The translations under genes were made by a program, and so were the position numbers. From positions 1,299,451 to 1,363,450 of the forward strand of contig MU058289.1 in assembly GCA_013265495.1 (NCBI GenBank): a DNA stretch of 64,000 nucleotides, in the 5' to 3' direction. Below the pieces are notes generated by a model. The model searched no databases. It was not told where the DNA came from and was given only the letters and a program-made list of their open reading frames with translations. Each line of letters starts with the position of its first letter. Within the stretch, counting starts at the first letter, position 1. This document shows, one piece after another, positions 38,090 to 51,800 of the stretch. This DNA is from Vicugna vicugna (lineage: Eukaryota).

Positions 38090-39400
38090 TACAAAGAACC
38101 TAGAATAGCCAAAATAATCTTGAAAAAAAAACAGCAAAACTAGAAGACGTACACTACCTATTTTAAGACTTACAGTAATCAAGACAGTGTAGTATTGCGG
38201 TAAGGAGAGACAAAAACATCAGTGAAACAGAATAGAGTCCAAAAATAGATCCATAAATATGTCAACAAACATACAAGTGAGAAAGCACATGGTGCCGGAA
38301 CAGCTGGATATTTATATGGAAAAGAAAATAAGGCTCAATTCCTTACCTCGCACTGTGCACAAAAATTAATGTGAAATGGGTTATCAACTGAAACATCAAA
38401 ATGAGAAACCTAAAACTTCTAAGAAAAAACAAAAGAGACTAGCTTCATGACTTAAAGGGGTACAAAAAAATTTTAAAATCACAAAAATAGCCATTAAAAA
38501 AACTGAAGAAAATATTCACAAAACATCTGAGAACTTGCATTATACATATATATATATATATTCAACTAAATAATAAAAAAAAACTCCCAATTTAAAAACT
38601 GACTTGAACAGACTTCACAAAAGAAGATATAAATGGCCAAGAAACAGAAAAAAAGAAGCTCCACCTCACTGGTCACCAGGGAAATGCAAATTAAAACCAC
38701 AGTGAGATACCACTTCACACCCAATAGGATGGCTAAAAATTAAAAAGACTAAAATATCAATTGTTGGCAAATATGTAGAATAACCCAACTTTTTTATATT
38801 TCTGGTGGGAGTATAAAACGATACATGCCCTTTGGAAAACAATTTGGCAGTCTCTTAAGAAGTTAAACATACACTTAGCCTATGACCCAGAAATTCCATT
38901 CCTTAGAATTTAACCAAGAGAAATGAAAACATTGGTCCACAAATGACCTGTACAAGAATGTTCATAACACAACCTAGTATCTATCAACAGTTAAATGGAC
39001 AAATTGTGGTATATTCATACAATAGAATCCACTCAGCAATAAAAAGGAGTGAGCCACTGATACAAGCAACAACATGGATTAAAAAAAAAGACATGCTTAG
39101 CAAAAGAAAGAAAGAAAGAAAGCCACATAATAGTACATACAAAATGACTGCATTTATATGAAATTCTAGACAGACAAAACTAATCTATGGTGGTAGAAAT
39201 CAGAACACTGGCTGGGTGGATGTGATGGGGGAACACATGGGTATCAACTGAAAAAAAGGGAAGGCAGAAGTTTCTCAGGTGTTCAAAATTGTCTACATCC
39301 TTGTTAGGGATGTGAGTTATATAAATTTATCCAAAATCTTCTAACTATGTACTTAAGATCTGTTTGCTGTACTGAATGTAAATTGTACTCAATTAAAAAC
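38090..39400 (+). mobile_element. Old LINE-1 ORF2 3' part and 3'UTR
   Basis: 'cagggaaatgcaaattaaaaccacagtgagataccacttcacaccc' and other L1 3' motifs. Confidence 0.8.
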
Positions 39401-42400
39401 AAAAACAAAGATACACCGAGTACATATCGTGCCACAGTAAAGAAGTGCTCAGAGAATGATGGAGACAAATCAAGAGGGCACAAGAACCAACAGGGAGGGA
39501 CTTCCTCTGGTCAAATTTGAGACAATTCGTGCATTAAAAAGAATAATGATGGTGTTGCAATATATTATTACATGAATACAAGTCCATGAGTAATAAGAAT
39601 ACGCAAAAAATAAAAAATATATTTGCCTCCATTTAAGTATAAAACTTTCCTTAATAAAAAGCTTTCAAACATTCCCTAGAGAAATGCACCTTCAATGTAC
39701 ACCTCAATGAATTCACAATTTTTGATTCTGGAATTTGACTTCCACAATCAAAAATTACAAAATACATGAGGAAACAATGTATTCATCACCAAGAGTGAGG
39801 AGAAATAATAAACAGAAGTAGGACTTCAAAAGTCATCAGATACTGGGATTATTAGATACAGAATACAAAATAGGTATGTTTAATATGCTTTAAAAATAAA
39901 AACAAATGTCCAAAACATGAAACTACAAAGATTTCTTGGGCAAGACACTAAAAGCGATGACTGTAAACAAACAAAAAAAGATAAATTGGACTTCATTAAG
40001 AATTTCTTTTCAGCAGAAGACATCATTAAGAAAGTAATGAAGCAAGAATAGGTTAGGAAAAGAATTTATAACACACATATCCAACAAAATAAACACCCTT
40101 TTACCCAAGATGCATCAAGAAATCCAAGAAATCAATAAGAAAAAGTCAAACAACCCAATTTAAAAATGGGCAAAAGATGTCAACAAGCACTTTACGAAGG
40201 CATTCAAATGGCCAGTGAACATGTGTACAAGTCATGACTACTTATCAGGGAAATTACAATCACATTAAGATACCACTCCACCTCTATCAGAACGGCTAAA
40301 AGACTGACAAGGCTAAGTGGTGGCGGCACTTTCCAGGGAAAACTGGAATTCTCATACATCGCCAATGGGATTACAAATCAGTTTGTCTACTCTGGTAACC
40401 TGTTTAGCTATATACTAAATACACAAAAGCTACACAAATACTATTCCATGACCAGCAACTCCAGTGCTAGAGAAATAAGTGTAAGTGTCCATCAACAGAT
40501 GTACCAGAATGCTCCTAACAAGTTTTATTTATAATCACCAACTTATGGAAACAGCTCAAAAATCCATGTAGAGATGACTGGGAAGGGGCACAAGGGAATC
40601 CCCTGGGGTGATGGAAATGTTCTACATCTTGATCCAGATGGTGATTACATGGGCAGTGGATACGTAAAAATGGATCAAGCTGTAATACACATAAAATTAG
40701 TGGGGTTTGCACCCTTTATATATATGAAATCTTGATAAAAAGCAAAGGACTACCAAAAATATTGAGGCAGATTTGGAAAACAAAAAGAGAACTTGTAAAA
40801 AAAATTTTTTTTAATCTGGTTACTGAAATGAAAAACTTAATGAAAGCGTTCAATTAAACACAGCTGATGAGAAAATTCAGTGACTGGATTCCAGCTTCTG
40901 GAAGATAGATCTGAAGACAGATCTGTTAAACAAAATGCAGCAAAGCGAGACAAGAGAAATGGGTAATATGGAGAAGAGGCTGAGAGACAAATAGAATAGA
41001 ATGAAAAAGCCTAATATTTCTAACCTGAATTTTAGAAGTAAATAATAGAAAGAATGAAAGAGAAGCAAATTTTTGAAAAATAATAGCTAAGATTTTTCCC
41101 ACATTAATAAAAAACCTGAATTTTCAGATTCAGGAGTCAACAATGAATCCCAAGCAAGACAAATAAGAGGAAACCCACACCTACATATCACACTATAAAA
41201 GAACACTTTAAATTATCTCTACTTTTTTCTAATTAGTATGTGAAAGCATTTTAAATATTCTAGAAAATACTCCTTGGAAGTTATATTTGTGGCAGAATAC
41301 TGTTTGTTTTCCCACGTGTCTCATGGTGTCTTCTAGTAAATAGTTTTTTTTTTTAATTCCAATCCAGCCAAATTTATCAACCCCTTCTTTTAAATTTGGT
41401 ACTTTTTATGTGGAAAAAAAACTTTCTTAACCAGAAGATTGGTTTTTCTAAAACTGTCAAGTTTTTCTTTACACATTTAGGTCTTTGATCCATCTGGATT
41501 TGACTTCAGTTTTTAAATATGGATAACCACTTTTTCTCAGAACCATCTGCGATGCCTGCTCTATCTTTTATTAAGTTTTGCATAGAGTGGGTCCGTTTCT
41601 GGACTCTCCATTCTGTTCCATCTGTCTATCTGTCTATCTTCACACCACATGAAATTTATTAATGTAACTATATAATACATTATATAGACACCCAGTAGTA
41701 GAAGTTTCCCCAACTTACTCTTCTTCAAGATCATCTCAATTATTCTTAGCCTTTTGCTCTTCCACTGAAATTTTAGAATGAGCTTGTCAAATTCATGAAA
41801 ACTTGCTTAATTGGAATTACAAGGCATTATAGATCAATTTGGAAAAAAACTGACATCTCTACACTACTGAATATACCCATAAGCAATAATATATGAATAC
41901 AGATATACTCATGAATATATCCATGAATATGGCATATTTATTTTTCTTCTCTTACTGCAGTGACTAGGGCCTCTGTACAGTATTGAATAGAAGACTGCAG
42001 GCATCATTCTTCTTTCCTCTTTTAAAGGTACATTTTTCTCATATTTCACCATTGAGTATTATGATGTTTGCATAGATTTTTAGTAACCAACTTCTATCAG
42101 GTTGAGAAAGTTCCCTTTTATTTCTAGTTTGCTAAACATGTTCATCATGAATGAATGTCAGATTTTACTGACTGCTTTTTCTACCTGTATTGAGATGACT
42201 GTACAGTTTTCTTCTTTAATCTGTTAATGAGGTGAATTACATTAATGATAACATTAATACTGTAAATCCACTAGTATTCTTCAGATAAGCTCAATCATAA
42301 GCTTGATCATAAAATATGATCTTGATTATACAGTGCTGAATTCAGTTCCAGTGGAAAAAAGAAGGGAATAAATAAATAGTAGAAGAAAAATTCCCAGAAC

Positions 42401-44582
42401 TGAAGGGCAAGTCTCCAGTCTCACAGAGCTCTGTGTGTGCCAGCACAACCAATGTCACAAAACCTACACCAAAGATAAATAAGCCAGGCTGCTGCATTGC
42501 ACAACTTCAGGAGCACCATTCCTGCTGCATCTACGTAAATGGCACCCCCTGGAACTGGGCAGCTCACAGCCACTTCCAGAGGCCATTTATAGCCAGGATT
42601 TGTGCAATATAACAGCCCTCTTCTTGAGAGCTTCCAAAAGGAAAAATGAGAATCAGAATGGCATCAGAATTTAGCAGCAGCAATGGCTTCTGGAAGATAA
42701 AACTATGACTTCAAAATGCTTACTGAAAATTGCCTCCAATTTGGTAATCTCTTCCCAGTCAAATTATAAATTGTGAGAGTTGAATAAAGGCATTTTAGTC
42801 ATCCTGGAATTCAGAAAATTTGCCTCCCATGTGTCCTTTCTATGATAGCTACAGCAAAACGCCGGAGACACTTCTGGCTGCCTCACAGCTTTGATTCCTC
42901 TCTACTTTCCAAGTTGTGTCCAGTATCCAACCTTTTAACAGACAGCCTGGTGCATTTTCAAGGAAATCTGAATCTATTCAGGTGGGCTTGATTAGTATAA
43001 AGATAATTCTTCTTCCCTTACTACAATACTGGCTCAGAGACTCAGGCAATTTAGTCAATCAAATCACAGCACCCCACCCCACCCCTCGACATGGGGATGG
43101 GTTCAGGAATGGATGTGTGAGATGACCTGGCCAATGACATACAAGGATATCTTTGCTAGGTGGAAAAGAAGTTTCCTGCCCCAAACGCACGACCAGAAGA
43201 GATGCCCCCTCTTCCTCCAGACCAGTGGTATGCTAATGGAAGCTGCCTCACACATTTCACCACTGTAAGAATAAAGCCAAACCCAAGGGAAACCCAGCCA
43301 AGATACTCATAGAGCCTGAGCCACTAGATCAATCCCAGCCTGAAGCCAGCCCCATCTCTGAGATCCCAGTTCACTAAGAGTTTGCACCTCCTCAGCAGCT
43401 TTTCTGTTATCTACAGCTGCAAGATTCCAGGATACAGTAGACTCAATCCAGGAATGAGTGCACAGAATGAGTACTCCACAGGGGTCCAGAGGGCAACTGG
43501 CTCAGACTGACAAGAGGCCAGGAGCTCCCGGGGGAACTCAAGAGAATGCTTGCTATAATGGAGCATCTAGGGGAAAAACACTGAAGATATGATAAGTCAA
43601 GACAACACAAGGGGAAGAAAGGTTAAAAAAGAAAAAACACCAGGAAAAGTAAAGACTACAGAAAAAAAGGGACATAATCCCAGTATAATTCCTGGCTCTG
43701 CAGTGAATGACATTTATATAGTAATACAGACCTGGGTTACTGACTTCACCACAGCTTAGGATGTGACCACAGTGAGAAGATGGAAGGAGGAGAGGGAGGA
43801 GGACCAGTACAAGGACCTATTCCTCATCTACCACAGCAAAGGTAAGTAAATCACTTCTAAAACTGATACATCAGGAAACAGCAGTGTATGCTGTTAGAAT
43901 ATGCAGGTGTCTACTAGAAGAAGTTGCTAAAAAATACTCAGAGGCTGCCTCCGGGGAACGGGACCAGGGGTGGACAGAGAAGTGGTTTTTGGCTATTGCA
44001 AAAGTGGCATCTCAGGACTATTTGACTTAACACTGTTTACATATTAAATTTTTATAAAATAAAACATTAAAATGTTTAGTGTGAATAAATAAAAGATGTC
44101 AGCTCAGGGGCAAAGCCTGAAAGAACAGCAGGAAAATCAAAAGTGCAGATTTACTAGGTTGGTTGGATTACAGTTACTTTTTCTTTTTACAACTTTGTCT
44201 AGGTTAAATCATAACATTTACAGTGTATACTGTGTGGAAAATCAGGACAAAAAATAAATTGCAGAGAAAAAAATATCAGCCCCATATCTAGGCAGGCAGA
44301 AGGCACATCACTTGGCTCCACAAGCCCCACCCGGGCAGCCAGAAGACATCGGTACACTGCCCAGGACAGTGGGTCCAAAGTCAAGGGCTAGAGGAGCAGC
44401 AAAAGGCTCCTCCTGGGCCCCACACCTCCTCCCAGGGCCCCACAGATCTGCCTCTCAAACTGTCCAGGCCAGAAGGAAAGGGGCCACAGCTCAGCCTCCT
44501 CTACACTCCAGCTGGGGCCGGAGCCAGGTGGTCCAACTGCCTGGGACTTAGGTGCAAGAGGGATGGGGGAGAGGGTACCTAC

Positions 44583-44684
44583 CACAGGAGTCGCAGGTGA
44601 AGCAATCGGTGTGATACAGGCTCCCCATTGCCTGGCACGCCTGCCTTGCTCCATAGATGCCAAGGCCACACTTGATGCAAATGC
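44583..44684 (-). CDS. WTIP: WTIP exon 2 (start of LIM1)
   Basis: tag|(G)[33 protein letters not shown](G)|gtaggt; 102 nt, phase 1 at both ends. Confidence 0.96.
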
Positions 44685-45318
44685 CTACAGAAGGAGAGGC
44701 AGGAGAGAGCAGCGGTTAGCACCAGGACTGTGCAGTTAAAAGGACATGCATCTGACTCCCCATCCTAGTGCTGCGCACCCACCCTTGGGCAAGGGAACTT
44801 GCAGAAGCCTCCACTGCTCTGTTACTAATGGCTAACACAGGGGTAATACGGGTACCACTACTTAGGGTTTGCTGCTGTTGTTTGAGGATTCAGACAGTTT
44901 AGCAGAGCACCTGGCAAAGACAGAGCTAACTGACACCGTCCTCACCATCAAAATTATGATGACACATTTATACCTAGAAAGTTGTTCTAAGCCCCTTCAC
45001 CTGTAACCTGCTCTGACTGAGGTAAAGTCCTTTCTGCTGTCTGTGAATCAAAAGGAATGAAGACCACACAGGTACATTCAGGGCAGAGCCACTGACCCTC
45101 CAGCCACACTTCCCTCATCTGTACCATAGGTCAATTTATTCTCTTGTTCGGTCAGCACAATGACACTGATGCCTTTGCACAGTTCATGTACCAGAGATGC
45201 TGTAACACACCATACAAATCCCCCGCCTCAAAAAGCCTGTATTCCAGTGTAGGGAAATGGACAACAAGAGGTAAACCACATCTCAGGTGAAACAAGAAGG
45301 CTGATTAAGAATACGTCT

Positions 45319-45979
45319 GAGTGTGGAGAAGAGGGAACCCTCCTACACTGTTGGTAGGAATGTAAATAGGTACAGACACCATGGAAAACACTGGAGATTC
45401 TTTAAGAAACTAAAAATAGAGTTACCATATGATCCAACAGTCCCACTCCTGGGCACATATCTGGAGAAAACTCTAATTTGAAAAGACAAATGCACCCCAA
45501 CATTCATAGCAGCACTATTTACAATAGCCAAGACTTAAAAGCAACCCAAGTGTCCAACAACAGATGACTGGATAAAGATGTAGTGTATATGTATACAATG
45601 GATTATTACTCAGCCATAAAAAAGGAATGAACTAATTCCATTTCCAGCAACATGGCTGGACTTAGAGATAATCATACTAAGTGAAATAAGTCAGAGAAAG
45701 ATAAATATTATAATGATATCACTTATATGTGGAATCTAAAAAAATGATACAAATGAACTTATTACAAGCCAGAAATAGACTCACTGACATAGAAAACAAA
45801 CTTACGGTTACCAAAGTGGAAAGGGGGTGGGAGGGATAAATAAGGAGCTTGGGATTAACAGATACACACCACAATGTATAAAATAGATAAACAACAAGGA
45901 CCTACTACTATACAGCACAGGGAACTACATTCAATATCTTGTAATTACCTATAATGGAAAAGAATCTGAAAAAGAATAC

Positions 45980-46010
<31 letters not shown>

Positions 46011-46087
46011 CATATTTAAAGCTGAATCACTTTGCTATACACCTGAAACTTTGTAAATCAACTATACTGTAATAAAAAAAAAGAAAA
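45319..46087 (+). mobile_element. 5'-truncated LINE-1 3' end in WTIP intron 1
   Basis: L1 ORF2 end and 3'UTR with A-tail; TSD AAGAATAC(G/A)TCT at 45307-45318 and 46088-46099. Confidence 0.92.
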
Positions 46088-47446
46088 AAGAATACATCTA
46101 GGTGTGTAATTTTAAATAGAGTGGGGTCAGAGAAGGCCCTGGTGACAAGGTGATATCTGAGCAAAGGTCTAGGGAAATAAGGGAGGGAAGACGCTCTGCA
46201 GGAATAACTGGATGGACATGGGGACCACCCCCGGCAGCACAGGGTGGGCTGCTCAGCAGGGAGGGGAGCCGGGTGACCAGCAATGCCAGGGTGAAGGCCA
46301 GCACTAGCCATAGGGGACTCTGGCCAGAACTTCTAGAGACCCAGACTGCAGGCCGCCAGCCCAGATGTCAGAAGTCCTTTCACAGATTCACCCAAGGTCT
46401 CCCACACCACAAAGGGCCCCACCTGCCCCCCGGACCCTGTCTTCTGGCTGCTCCAGGACATGATGCCCTCACCCTCTCCCTCCTGCATTCCACCAGATCT
46501 CTCTCCTTAACATTTACCAAGGTTGAACCTCTCTCATCTTAAAAAAAAAAAAAAACCTCCCTCCCCCACCAGCCACCCTATTTCCCCTTCCCCTCAGTCA
46601 AGAAAGCAAGCTTAGTCCACAGCCAGTCATCTCCTAACTGTGCAGATCTACGGACTTTCCGTTCTGATCTTGCTGGAGAGAGACCTTGCCTCCTCTTGGG
46701 CTTCCAGTATATGACCCGCACTTGGCTTTCTGGTTCTTCTTTCTTTCCAGCTCTACTGCATACTTCCCTCCTCTGTCCTGGGCCTCAGTCTCCCCAGGGC
46801 AGGGAGAGCCAGAGCAGATGCCCTCAAGTCAGGCAGGTGGGGACCCAGGTGAACAAAGAAGAGAGCCATGCCTGCTGGAGGTCGCAGCCACCCCTCAACT
46901 CTGCTGACAGCTACCCAGTGGGAATGCAGGGCCAACACTGCTAAAGACTCCGATTTTTCAAGAAAAGCTAGAAATCTTCCCGTACTGAAATTAACCACTA
47001 ACTCAAATGTCTTTCAGAAGCCAAACACACTGTGTCTGTAGGCCTCCACATGTGGCTTTACCCCGTCTCCCCGGGCAGTTCCACCTACTCCCAGCTGCTC
47101 ATCCCTGCCGAGGGCTCCCAGAACTCTGCCCACTCCGGACTCCTCTCCTGAGCCACTGATCCCCTTCCCGGGTGGCCCCAGACCACCACAGGTCCAGAAC
47201 AGAGCTCTGGGTTCCTGCTCAGGAAACGGCATTTTTGTGTAGCCAGTTTCAGGAAGCATCCAGGTCTATCCTGTCTCTCTCACCTCCAACTCGGAATCCC
47301 AGTTACTATGTTCCCTAATCTCTCCCCTCACTTCCACTGGCCTGATTCAGTGTCATCAATTCTCATCCCAAAGGCTGTTTCAACAGCCTCCTCACGGCAT
47401 CCATTGCCAACCCCAATGATCCATCCACAAAATTGCAGCCAGACTT

Positions 47447-47560
47447 TTTTTTTTTAATTTATTGTTGTATTTATTTTATTTTTAGAGGAGGTACTGGGAT
47501 TGAACCCAGGACCTCGTGCATGCTAAGCATGCACTCTACCACTGAGCTATACCCTCCCCT
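47447..47560 (-). mobile_element. tRNA-derived SINE
   Basis: Reverse complement of the GGGGAGGGTATAGCTCAGTGGTAGAG...GGTTCAATCCC element; TSD CCAGACTT at 47439-47446 and 47561-47568. Confidence 0.92.
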
Positions 47561-50199
47561 CCAGACTTATCTTTCTAAAGTGAAAATGACCCACCCTCAC
47601 AATTTCATTCTTGTCCATCAATTCTGAAACCTGACTTTGTCACTTCCCTAAGTTACCAGAAAACACGGTGAAAAGAACAGAAGTCAGCTGCCTATGGGAA
47701 GCAGGACAGAAGGATAGACAAGAGAGGAAGTTACAACTTTTTATTATTCATTTTTTGGTTCTATTTGATTTTTTTCTAAATATGTGCTTGCATCACAAAA
47801 ATACATTGAAGATGGACAACGAGGAGCATGAGGTACCTCCAAAATTCAGGGAGTGGAATGTTTCGGAGGAGAGTTGACTCCACCTGTAGATTGTAGCAGT
47901 GAGATCCAGACCAACAAGGCCCAGCAAACACCCTCTGGGGCTGGGGCTGGAGCTGGGGAGTCACCAGGGTCCTGAGCAAGAGCTGGGCCAGTCCGGTGGG
48001 AGGAGACAGCAAACGGCTGAGGGAGCTGGGAGGCGGATAAGCCAAGACAATGCCAACCAGACACGGGAATGGGAAGATAGGCTGACAGAAATGTAGGTTT
48101 GGGTTTGCTGTTTTTTCCTGTTTTCCTTGTTGCTGTTTAATGAAAGACCTTTGTACATATTAATAACCAAAAGAAAAGGCCAGTGGAAAGAGGAAAGCTG
48201 AGGATGGAGGACATAAAAGCTGGAGATGGGAGGACTCTCATCCTCAGATCTGGACGTGGGCTTGAGAGCCTGTGAGGAAGGGACGTGAAGCCAAGGGGAC
48301 AGACTGCAATGGCTGACCCCAGTGCTCTCTGCAAAGTAGAATGCAAGGGCAGGGGCTGAGGAGAGAGGCAGGCTGCTGAGGGAATAAAAGACGGAACTGA
48401 TCAGGGCTTAGGGTGACAGGTGGTGCCCAGGAGACCATCAGTCTGCCGCCTAGTATAGCAGTAGAAAAGGGAAGTCGGCAGGGCTCTGCAGGGCAGATGG
48501 TGATGAGAGGAATCAGAGGCCCTGGTGAGACACAGGCTGCAGAACAGAAGACTGCCCAAGTTAGGCAAATCCAGGGTGTGGCCTTGGGCAGCAGACAGGT
48601 CACCAAAGTTCATGAGGTTCCAGAGGCCTGAGGCTGCCGGCTGGCTAACAGCAGTGGAACTTGGTGAGGAGGGACGCGTGAGTTCCACAGACATCAGTGA
48701 AAGACCGAGAGGGACAAGGAGGTGAGCTGGTGCCACGGCCAAGGAGCAGGGATGGCACAGAGAAGAAGAAACACACTCAGGATGAGATTTATCATGGATC
48801 ACCTAAGTTCATGCTACCTGCAGCCTTCCTTTAAAAAACAGGAAAATGCTACCTTGATCCGGCTCCTCTTTATAAAAACCAAAGATCTATCATTACTCAC
48901 CTCCCACTCCCACGTGGCTTCAATGGGGGCAGCAGCTCCTCTTAGAAAGGATGACCCACCAGCCTGTACAGTCTTATACCATCAGCCCCTTCACTTCTCC
49001 CACTGTGCCTGCGTCTGGCCACCTCAGCTTCACACAAAGATTCACAAGGAGCTACAGAGGCCCAGAGAACACACCCCAGCCCGGGCGCTACAATAAGCTG
49101 GGACAGGAAAATGGGGAGTCTCCCCGGGAGAGCGTGCTGGGAAGTTATTCTCTTCAGAAGGTAGCCCCAGCTTCTGCTCCTCGCACCCATCTGGCATGAG
49201 GGGCAACAACTTCCTAACTCATCTTCCTGCCCCAGGACATCTAAGAGCAGCCACAGGACCTACCAGAAACCCTTCAGCAGCTCCCCTCCCAAAGGCAGGC
49301 TGACCCTTTGGTCTACATGCTCCCTCGACCACCTGACCCCTCCTGGTCTGCAGCCCCTAGGATCAGAGTGGAACAGTCCACATCCTTACTCGCCTCCTTT
49401 TGTCCACATTCTTTCCTCTGCCTGGAATGCCCCCACTGGTCTCTCATACCGCCTCCTTCTCGCTCAAGATCCAGTTCGGGGCAGTCCTGAGCTGTTAGCT
49501 GGAATGAATGCATGAAAGGCACAAACCCCAGGACGGCATCTGTCCAGGACATGATAACCACCACCTCCTCCAAAGCCAGGTGCCTGCTTATCATCAAGGG
49601 AGGTAGGGAAGCCCCTCCCAGGCCTCCTCTCAGAACCTCAAGCCTAAGAATCCTGAGATGTCCAAAGGACTAGGGATCAAAGGGCCACGGTCAGAATAGG
49701 AAAGGGAGGCTGTCGGAGACAAAAGGTCTTTGCAAATGATGTGAAGCAGGATTCCCTTTGGAAACATCCCATATACACATCATAACCCAGACCGAGGACA
49801 GCCCAGTGTGACCAGATCAGTTCCCTCCCCCTCAGGGTGGGCTCCCCCTCCGTCGCGCACTCTGCCTCCAGCCACTACCACTATCAAAGCCTCAAGTCAC
49901 AGGGGTCGGGTGGCATCTGGGCCACACCACCTCCCTGCCCCTGTCCATACCCTGTACTGCTGGGGAAAGGGAAACACCGGGAAGGCGGGGGCCTACACCA
50001 CTTCGGTGGACCACACAGCATGGAGTACAGTGAGCTGAGGCAAGTGCCAAGGATTAAGAAGAAATTATTGGAAAAAAACTTATTCTGCCTACTACCGTGA
50101 CTTCTCTCAGTTAGGAGCCGTGCATCCACTGACTTAGCCAGAACTCCCGGCCTGGAGCCCAGGCGAAGCTGCTGTCCCAAACAGACCCCAGACCCGGTG

Positions 50200-51800
50200 G
50201 TGCACAGTCACACACCGTCTGCGGAACAAACGTCGCCGGCTCTCCAGCCCCACGGGAGGCAGACAAGTTTTTTTCTGTCCTGGCCCTTCGTCCAATGCCC
50301 AGCCTCTGGCCCACCTCGCGCTCTCCTGGGCTGAACCGGCCGCCTATCCGGAGGATGTCCCCGACCCCCGACGAGGACGGCAGAGGCCCGGGACCCCGGT
50401 GCGCAGGCGGCGCGGCCGAGCTCGCTCACCGAAGTAGTCCCGCGCCGTGCGCGCCTCCAGCGCCCGCTCCAGCTCCCGGGTCAGCGCCTCCAGCCGCCGC
50501 TCCGCCGGGCTCGGGCCGCCCTCCCGGCCCGAAGGAAGCTGGAATGAAGGCAGAGCGAAGGGGGCCGGCCCGGCAGGCTCCGGGGAGCGGGCCGGCGCGG
50601 AGCAGGCGCCGGGCAGAAGCAGGTCGGGATAGGCGCCGGCCGAGCCGCGGGAACCCAGGCTGGACACGCTGGAGCGGGCGCTGCCCACCGACGGCGGCCC
50701 GGGGCCAGGGCGCGGATCCGAGCGGCCGGAGCGCGGGCTGCCGTGGCGCTGGTCGTAGCCCAGGCTGATGCCGCTGGAGCGGGCGCTGCCGCTGCCGCCG
50801 CCGCCGCCGCCGTCGGAGCCCGCCAGGCTGGCCCAGGGGCTGCCCGCGGGCTGCGCGCTGAGTTCGGGGACCGCCGCGCGCCGAGGGCCTCGCTCCCCGC
50901 GGCTCAGTCCGTCGGCCCCCGCCTCGGGGCCGCCGCCCTGCCCTCTGCGGCCCAGCGCCTGCGCCGCCTCGTCTCCCGGCCCCGGCCGCGGCCCCCGCCG
51001 ACCCCGGCCCGGAGAGTCGCCGCCCGGCTCCAGCTCCCGCAGGGCCAGCCCGGCTAGGAGCAGAGCCGCCTCGTCCGCGGCCACCCGGGAGCGCTGCATG
51101 GCCCGGCCCGCCGGCCCCGGCGCGTCACCTCCGCCTCCGCTTCCCGCCGCCGCTCCGGCCGCGCCGCCGCATCGTCCGCCCGAAACCCGGAGCCCGCCCC
51201 GGGACCCCTGGGCGCGGGGCGGGGCGGGGCCGGGGCCCGGCCGGGGTCGGGCCGGGGTCGCTCCGCCGGCCACGCGCGGTCCGGGGGCCTCGGCGCTCCG
51301 CTCGGTGGCGCGCGCGGCGGAGGAATGTGCGCTCGGAGGCGCCGGGCCGCGCCCCCTCCTCCCCGCGGCCGCGCGGGGGCCGGAGGGACTCCTTTGTGGG
51401 GGCAGGAATGCGAGGAAGGAGACGGCGCTGCGGCCTCTGGAATGTGGGGGGAGTGGCGGCGGCGGTGGCGGCGGAGCCGCGGTGTCCGCGCTTCGCCGGG
51501 AGCGCCGAGGGGCGCCGGGGCTGGGCCGGGCGGCCGGGCCTTGCGGCTTGGAGCTGGCCCTCGTGGGGCGAAGCGGCCAGCTGTGGCGCCGCGGGGAGTG
51601 CTCGGGCTCCGTTATACGCCCTGACCGTCGGGCCTCTGGAAAGATCCCGGATTCCCGCGGGCTGAGCTGGAGGCGGTTCCCCCAATCCCGGCCGGAGAAA
51701 TATGAGCAGTTGACAAACGTTTCCCACATCTTCCCCTATCTTACTTCCCAGCGCCGTCACGGTTTCAAGCGCTGGGCCGGACAAGTTCGACCTTGGGGAG
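50200..51800. promoter_or_regulatory. WTIP: CpG island / WTIP promoter region
   Basis: Very high GC and CpG density spanning exon 1, with tandem GGGGCGGGGC GC-boxes at about 51215-51235. Confidence 0.88.
50430..51099 (-). CDS. WTIP: WTIP exon 1 coding part (Pro/Gly-rich pre-LIM region)
   Basis: gccATGCAG at 51099: MQRSRVAADEAALLLAGLALRELEP...AERRLEALTRELERALEARTARDYF(G)|gtgagc; the eight exons total 1296 nt, i.e. 431 aa plus stop, with consistent phases. Confidence 0.95.
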
